DNA from: an uncultured Methanosarcinales archaeon
GTDB taxonomy: Archaea; Nanobdellota; Nanobdellia; Woesearchaeales; JAGVZT01
Length of the DNA stretch: 22,173 nt
NCBI GenBank assembly: GCA_964419615.1
Contig: CAYQPU010000030.1
Span: forward strand, 1 to 22,173
Reading direction: 5' to 3'
Within the stretch, counting starts at the first letter, position 1. Each line of letters opens with the position of its first letter. A program made the translations under genes and the position numbers. Below, in pieces: positions 16,964 to 22,173 of the stretch. The notes below the pieces were generated by a model. That model searched no databases, had not been told where the DNA came from, and saw nothing but the letters and a program-made list of their open reading frames with translations.

Positions 16964-18208
16964 ATGAATTTAGACGTACTAACTATTGTTCTAGCAGGTG
17001 GAGAAGGAAAGAGACTAAGACCTCTAACAGAACATAGAAACAAACCAGCAGTGCCCTTTGCTGGAAGATATAGGTTAGTTGACATTCCACTAAGCAATGC
17101 AGTGAATTCCGGTTTGGATATGATATATGTTTTGACTCAAGGAAAGGATTATTCATTTACTAGACACTTACAAAATACTTGGGCTTTGGATAGAATACAA
17201 GGTTTTGTTGTTCCCTTTTCACCTCAATCAGTTGGAGGTTTTTACAAAGGAGATGCAGATGCAGTTAGGCACATGATTCCATTCATTCAGAGAAGTGATC
17301 CTGAATTTGTGTTAATTGTACCAGGAGATAATGTGGTAAAAATGGACTATTCTCTTTTTGTGCAACAACTGGCTAATACAAAAAACGCTGATTTTGCCAT
17401 CTCTGTTGTTGAAATGCCAGTAGAACGGGCAGGTGACCTTGGCACAGCCGAACTAGACAAAAGTTCTTTTATTACAAAATTTCTTGAAAAAGATCCAAAT
17501 CCTCCATTTAGAGCTTCAGATAATAAACATGTTTTTGCATCTATGGGCACCTACTTGTTCAGAACTGAATTATTGCTTGAAGTATTAGAACAAAGTAGTG
17601 GGGTTTTGTTTGGATCACAAATAATACCTGAAGTAATGAGACAAGAAAAAACATTTGGTTATAATTTCACAGAGCATAATGCAGTTCCAGGAGTCATCAT
17701 TGATCTTGATTCAGGAAAAGAAGTGCTTGTAGATAAATCCCTTGATTCTGGGTACTGGGAAGATGTGGGTAAGCTTCCTGATTTCTTCAGAGTGCACATG
17801 GAAGACATATTGGGTGATTCTCTTAGGTTTGTACCATATACTCCAAGTGATATTCACAATCCAGAAATTCTTAGAAGAACATGGCCGTTTTACACACATG
17901 AAAGACTAATTGGCCCAGGTCATGTAAGTGGAAATCTTAAGAATGTACTAATTAGTGAAGGTGTTCATATATCTGAGTCAGAAGTTGAAACCTCTGTATT
18001 GTCTCCTGGTGTCACAATTGAAAATTCAAGTGTAACAAATTCAATTATTTTTGATGGAGCTTACATTAAAAACAGCAATTTGGATAATGTAATAATAGAC
18101 AAGCATTCAAAAGTAATTGATTTAGTTCTACCGGATACTCAAATTCCAGAAGGAATATATCAACATGAGTCAGGAATAGTTGTTGTACCTAGAGCTTATG
18201 GAAGATAA
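16964..18208 (+). CDS. glgC: Glucose-1-phosphate adenylyltransferase (ADP-glucose pyrophosphorylase), divergent
   Basis: LAGGEGKRLRPLTEHRNKPAVPFAGRYRL, YKGDADAV, PGD, FLEK, ASMGTY and YWEDVG motifs; C-terminal beta-helix. Confidence 0.88.
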   Translation: MNLDVLTIVLAGGEGKRLRPLTEHRNKPAVPFAGRYRLVDIPLSNAVNSGLDMIYVLTQGKDYSFTRHLQNTWALDRIQGFVVPFSPQSVGGFYKGDADAVRHMIPFIQRSDPEFVLIVPGDNVVKMDYSLFVQQLANTKNADFAISVVEMPVERAGDLGTAELDKSSFITKFLEKDPNPPFRASDNKHVFASMGTYLFRTELLLEVLEQSSGVLFGSQIIPEVMRQEKTFGYNFTEHNAVPGVIIDLDSGKEVLVDKSLDSGYWEDVGKLPDFFRVHMEDILGDSLRFVPYTPSDIHNPEILRRTWPFYTHERLIGPGHVSGNLKNVLISEGVHISESEVETSVLSPGVTIENSSVTNSIIFDGAYIKNSNLDNVIIDKHSKVIDLVLPDTQIPEGIYQHESGIVVVPRAYGR

Positions 18209-18245
18209 CGAACAATATAAATATGATAATCTAATATGACAAAAT

Positions 18246-18986
18246 ATGAGACTATTACCTGACATGCAAGCAAGTGCAGCCACACTAATGGCAACAGATG
18301 AAGCAATACTTACAGCCATCACTGAAAACAAATCACCTCCAACAGTTAGGTTCTATCAATGGACACCACCTGCAGTCACAATTGGGTATTTTCAAAATCC
18401 ACAAAAGGAAGTAGACTTAGAATATCTAAAACAAAACAAAATTGATCTTGTTAGGAGAATCACAGGAGGTGGAGCAGTTTATCATGACAAAGAATTAACA
18501 TACACTCTCTTTGTACCAACTGATCAAATATCAGAAGATATTCTTGAAAGCTATAAAATAATCTGCGGAGCAATTGTTAATGGATTAAAAACAATTGGAA
18601 TCAATGCACAATTTTCACCTATAAATGATCTATTAATCAACAATAAAAAATTCTCAGGCAATGCTCAAACAAGAAAAAATGGAATAATCATGCAACATGG
18701 CACAATTCTTTTAGAAGTTGACAAAGATAAAATGTTCTCGGTTCTAAACATAACAAAAGAAAAAATCTCAGACAAACAAATCACAGAATTAAAACAAAGA
18801 GTAACTTCTCTATCAGCTGAAACCAAAATCAAAGATTTTGCAAAAGTAAGAAATGCTCTTGTTGAAGGATTTGAGCAACAATTCAATACAGAATTCACTT
18901 TGGGACAATTAACAGAATATGAAATAAGACTTCAAGCAGAGTCAATAATAAAATATCAAAGTAAAGAATGGACATACAAAAGATAG
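18246..18986 (+). CDS. lplA: Lipoate-protein ligase catalytic subunit (LplA/LipM family)
   Basis: MATDEAIL, VTIGYFQ, VRRITGGGAVYHD, KKFSGNAQ and QHGTIL motifs. Confidence 0.9.
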   Translation: MRLLPDMQASAATLMATDEAILTAITENKSPPTVRFYQWTPPAVTIGYFQNPQKEVDLEYLKQNKIDLVRRITGGGAVYHDKELTYTLFVPTDQISEDILESYKIICGAIVNGLKTIGINAQFSPINDLLINNKKFSGNAQTRKNGIIMQHGTILLEVDKDKMFSVLNITKEKISDKQITELKQRVTSLSAETKIKDFAKVRNALVEGFEQQFNTEFTLGQLTEYEIRLQAESIIKYQSKEWTYKR

Positions 18987-19231
18987 ATAAAAAAATACCA
19001 GGAGGTAAACTACTTAGAGTTGAATTTGCCAAAGATAAAGATAGAGTTACCTATATCAAAATAACAGGGGATTTTTTTATATACCCTGAGAAATCAATTG
19101 AACAAATTGAAAAAATCATCCTTGAAAATAATTTGATTAAACTAGAAGATAAACTCAATGAACACATAGTAAAAAACAAGATTCAGATAATAGGCTTTAC
19201 TATTAGTGATTTAATAAACATAATAAAATAA
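18968..19231 (+). CDS. lplB: Lipoate-protein ligase C-terminal accessory domain encoded separately (LplB-like)
   Basis: PGGKLLRV...IKITGDFFIYPE..IE.IE; overlaps lplA by 19 nt. Confidence 0.8.
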   Translation: MDIQKIDKKIPGGKLLRVEFAKDKDRVTYIKITGDFFIYPEKSIEQIEKIILENNLIKLEDKLNEHIVKNKIQIIGFTISDLINIIK

Positions 19232-19241
19232 AAAAAAAGAA

Positions 19242-20156
19242 TTATTGTTCATAATCCAACATACCAAAGTGATCCAACACTTCCTCGATAAACTTCTCTT
19301 GGGCTTTTTCTTTTTTCAGATACTGACCACCAAAGAATCTATCGTTCTCGTATCTCTCTTGACCTACAAAAGGATGGTGATGTCTAGCTCCTTTGTTCTT
19401 ATACATTTCATCCAAAGCATCCATTGCATCATACAATCCTTCAACAAAATCATAGCCAGCTCCTTCCAGTAATGACTTTGCAGCTTTAAGAGAACACAAT
19501 CCAATTTTTCTGTTGTATCTATCAGCGTATTTAGGACTCGTCATTAAATCCCCAACTCCTCCCATAATCAAACTAATGCCTACCCCATAAGCTCTATCAC
19601 TGGACCCCTCTATATAGACATTCTCTAGATCCCAATCAAAATAGGTTTGGGTTGTACCAGATTTTCCCACAAACAATAACTCATCCACTGATACTCTCTC
19701 TATTTTCTGAAATGACGGTGAAACAGCTTCATTACGTTCACCAAGTAAAAACTCTGATGCACCAAGTTGTCCAACCAATTCTCCAGTACTAAGTCTATGT
19801 AATCCATGCAAACCATATGGAACTTTAATTTCTTCTTCCTCTTCTCTTAATTCAACATTAAAAGAGTGGATTAATTCAACAAGTCCTGCAATATTATCGC
19901 TATCTATTCTATGAGACAGACCAGAGACTGAATTGAACACTTCTGCAACTAAAGGTTCAACAGTAATCTCATTCCATGTATCTGATGATCTTCTATCAAT
20001 TAGATAGTTAGAAATAATTGCACTAAATAACCCAAGCTCTTGGCGAGCAGCTTGTACATCGTCACTAAATTCTACACTATACCACTTACTGTTTTCTGAT
20101 AATAAACTGGAAGTATGTTCCAGTGTTTCCAATAAACTTATTATTTGCTTTTTCAT
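19242..20156 (-). CDS. Hypothetical acidic protein; paralog of the C-terminal part of the 21111-22173 ORF
   Basis: Colinear shared motifs ELGLF, TGE.VGQ, FDW, G.DF.E.L, PF..Q.RY and F..EVL.HF. Confidence 0.85.
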   Translation of the reverse strand: MKKQIISLLETLEHTSSLLSENSKWYSVEFSDDVQAARQELGLFSAIISNYLIDRRSSDTWNEITVEPLVAEVFNSVSGLSHRIDSDNIAGLVELIHSFNVELREEEEEIKVPYGLHGLHRLSTGELVGQLGASEFLLGERNEAVSPSFQKIERVSVDELLFVGKSGTTQTYFDWDLENVYIEGSSDRAYGVGISLIMGGVGDLMTSPKYADRYNRKIGLCSLKAAKSLLEGAGYDFVEGLYDAMDALDEMYKNKGARHHHPFVGQERYENDRFFGGQYLKKEKAQEKFIEEVLDHFGMLDYEQ

Positions 20157-20309
20157 AACTAATGAGAATGGAACTTAATTTAAAAGAACTTCTCATGTTT
20201 TTTACTTAAAAGGGGCAACAAACCATGATTAATTCCACTAAAAACATATTTTCTTATATAAATATCCTTAACTGCTGGAAAAAGGCACAAAAAATGTGGA
20301 AAAGTAAAG

Positions 20310-20325
20310 CAAAAATATTTATAAT
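20310..20325 (+). promoter_or_regulatory. BRE-TATA promoter of ZIP gene
   Basis: CAAAAATATTTATAAT about 22 nt before ATG 20347. Confidence 0.55.
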
Positions 20326-20346
20326 CTCAGCAAACTACTATTGTAT

Positions 20347-21072
20347 ATGCTACTGACAATACTCTCAGCAGTTCTTATAGTTAGTTTAATCTCTCTAGTA
20401 GGGGTTTTCTTTATATCTCTAAGCAAAAAGAAACTCAATAGAATCGTTAATTACCTTGTGGCAATAGCATCTGGTGCTCTGTTAGGTGGAGCTTTTATTC
20501 ACATTCTCCCTGAAATCATGGAAGCTGGTCCGCAAATGTTCTTGTTTGTCTTATTTGGAATCCTGTTCTTCTTTTTGCTTGAAAAAATCATGTATTGGAG
20601 ACACTGTCATGATGGAGAATGTACAGTACATGCATTCACATACTTAAGTCTGATTGGAGATGCAGTTCACAACTTTATTGACGGAATAATCATATCAACA
20701 GCATTCTTAGTATCAGTTCCAATAGGAATCTCAGCAACAATAAGTATAATATTCCATGAAATCCCTCAAGAAATAGGAGATTTCGCTGTTATGATCTATG
20801 GTGGGTTTTCAAAGAAAAAAGCACTAATGTATAACTTTCTATCAGGTGCAACAGCTTTACTCGGAGCAATTGTTGGATACTTTTTATCATCAATCACAGG
20901 AATAATTCCAATTCTATTAGCTCTCTCAGCAGGAGGATTCATTTACATTGCATCCTCAGATCTAATTCCCGAACTTCACAAAACAAAGAAAATCACAGCC
21001 TCATTAATACAATTTGGATTAATAATATTTGGGATATTGGTAATGCTTGGATTAAAGTTGGTGTTTGAGTAG
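20347..21072 (+). CDS. ZIP-family divalent metal (Zn/Fe/Mn) transporter
   Basis: GALLGGAFIHILPE, HCHDGEC loop, GDAVHNFIDG, HEIPQEIGDF and YIASSDLIPE motifs. Confidence 0.92.
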   Translation: MLLTILSAVLIVSLISLVGVFFISLSKKKLNRIVNYLVAIASGALLGGAFIHILPEIMEAGPQMFLFVLFGILFFFLLEKIMYWRHCHDGECTVHAFTYLSLIGDAVHNFIDGIIISTAFLVSVPIGISATISIIFHEIPQEIGDFAVMIYGGFSKKKALMYNFLSGATALLGAIVGYFLSSITGIIPILLALSAGGFIYIASSDLIPELHKTKKITASLIQFGLIIFGILVMLGLKLVFE

Positions 21073-21110
21073 CTATCTCTAATAACTCTTATTAATTAGA
21101 ATGTTTTAGT

Positions 21111-22173
21111 TCAAGAATACTCCATTTCACGGAAATGCAGGAGAACTTCCTTTACAAAAGCTGTTTCAGCCGGCTTTCTTTCAAGAGGTTTAGCCCCAAA
21201 TTCATTACCTTCTCTATACCTTAATTGGTTTTTGAACGGATCACATCCTCCGGACTCTACTGAGTTTTCAACAGCAGATTCTAAAACTTCAATAAAATCA
21301 CCACCTGCTTGATCAATTAGGATTCTTGCGGTTTCAATCATCCTAAAACCCATATGAACATAAACTTCAGAATTAAATCTTGATCCTTTCATCATTTCAT
21401 ATCCACCATCAAGTATTAAATGGCTGCTATCAGCAATTATTTCTTCGCTTGTCCCCGGGTGATATACCTGCGTTGGACCCCAATCAAATTGTAATACGAG
21501 ACCACCCATATTGCCCTCATACAATGGACCATTATCAGATGGAATTCTAGTAATTTTATGACATAATGGAGATCTTGGAATATTATTCTTATCAAGCAAA
21601 AAATGCAGTGACGCACTCTGACCAACAAACTCTCCTGTATCCATCTCGTATGTACTTGGAATACTTTTGGCAATATCTAACTTAGTTGTTGATCCCTCTT
21701 CATGTAAATCATCATTAAATTCTCTTAATAATTCAACAAAAGTGTCAATAGTAAACTCATTAACAGTTGATCTAACTTCAAATGCACCAGTAGAAACCGC
21801 TTCAACCACACTGTTAAGAGCATTAGGAGTCCATTCCAAAGATTTTTTATTGAATCTAGTAATTGTTTTAATATAAGCTGTAAATAGACCAAGTTCAGTA
21901 ACAGCAGCTAGCATCTGGTAGCCCAAACCTTCATTTAAATAATCATGACTAGCCTGAGTAAGTCGATGTGCAATGTCGTCTATTCTTTCAATTAATTGAT
22001 TAAATTTGAGTATAACATCTGTAAATCTTTTTTGCATTTCTTCTGGACCAACTTTCAATTCTGTAATAAGTCTATCAACTTTGTTAATAAATAAAACAGG
22101 CTTAACTCTTTCACGCAGTGCTTGCTTGATTACAGTCTCTGTCTGTGGCATAATACCTTCAACAGCACAAGCT
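21111..22173 (-). CDS. Chimeric ORF: archaeal elongation factor EF-2 G-domain fragment (about 21988-22173, 5' truncated by the window) fused in frame to an orphan domain paralogous to 19242-20156
   Basis: [50 protein letters not shown] is EF-2 sequence including G4 NKVD. After FNQLIE the sequence leaves EF-2 and matches the neighbouring orphan. Confidence 0.8.
   Translation of the reverse strand, partial: ACAVEGIMPQTETVIKQALRERVKPVLFINKVDRLITELKVGPEEMQKRFTDVILKFNQLIERIDDIAHRLTQASHDYLNEGLGYQMLAAVTELGLFTAYIKTITRFNKKSLEWTPNALNSVVEAVSTGAFEVRSTVNEFTIDTFVELLREFNDDLHEEGSTTKLDIAKSIPSTYEMDTGEFVGQSASLHFLLDKNNIPRSPLCHKITRIPSDNGPLYEGNMGGLVLQFDWGPTQVYHPGTSEEIIADSSHLILDGGYEMMKGSRFNSEVYVHMGFRMIETARILIDQAGGDFIEVLESAVENSVESGGCDPFKNQLRYREGNEFGAKPLERKPAETAFVKEVLLHFREMEYS
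21988..21999. repeat. Perfect 12-bp palindrome TCAATTAATTGA at the EF-2/orphan junction
   Basis: Read directly from the sequence. Confidence 0.8.

Noticed and set aside
20162-20196. ATGAGAA...TTCTCAT inverted repeat upstream of the 20156 gene
   Set aside because: Only 7 bp, AT-rich, 21-nt spacer, and no second copy; too weak to call.
1171-21876. Numerous 60-140 aa ORFs in the track lying antisense or out of frame within larger genes (e.g. 1171-1353, 2111-2305, 4220-4423, 8259-8510, 9714-9941, 12953-13369, 13899-14204, 17347-17550, 21437-21673)
   Set aside because: They are fully nested in well-supported CDSs, have no motifs or SD, and are typical shadow ORFs.
20341-21990. Intron or intein interrupting EF-2 with an in-frame internal ORF
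   Set aside because: The ORF ends in a stop, there are no intein terminal residues or homing-endonuclease motifs, and no downstream EF-2 exon is present in the window.
1-22173. CRISPR array, tRNA/rRNA, integrase or transposase
   Set aside because: No regularly spaced repeats, cloverleaf/rRNA signatures or recombinase motifs were found by eye.

Overview
AT-rich archaeal DNA, most likely DPANN/Woesearchaeota-like. This is an inference from the archaeal-type EF-2 fragment, XPD helicase, four-subunit PFOR, and BRE-TATA boxes about 22-28 nt upstream of several start codons. Housekeeping and metabolic genes include a Lit/DUF1461 membrane protein, nitroreductase, XPD, endonuclease V-like protein, IMPase, porGDAB, glgC, a split lipoate ligase and a ZIP transporter. 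They are interspersed with single acidic orphan genes, mostly on the minus strand. The main candidate new system is a tightly coupled four-gene operon (12609-16297): exported thioredoxin (CPHC) fused to a CcdA-like membrane domain, a GcvH-like lipoyl carrier, a single-Cys CoADR/Nox-type flavoprotein (not Lpd), and LipA. A membrane HTH regulator lies upstream and lplA/lplB lie downstream, suggesting lipoate used as a redox relay. Other notable items: an EF-2 G-domain fragment fused in frame to an orphan paralog at a 12-bp palindrome (possibly an assembly chimera), a GC-rich pseudoknot-like intergenic element at 4491-4590, a 22-aa hydrophobic sORF with alternative SD pairings, an EndoV with a substituted catalytic Asp, and a gene split at an in-frame U_UUU_UUA site. 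No tRNA, rRNA, CRISPR array, integrase or transposase was seen.
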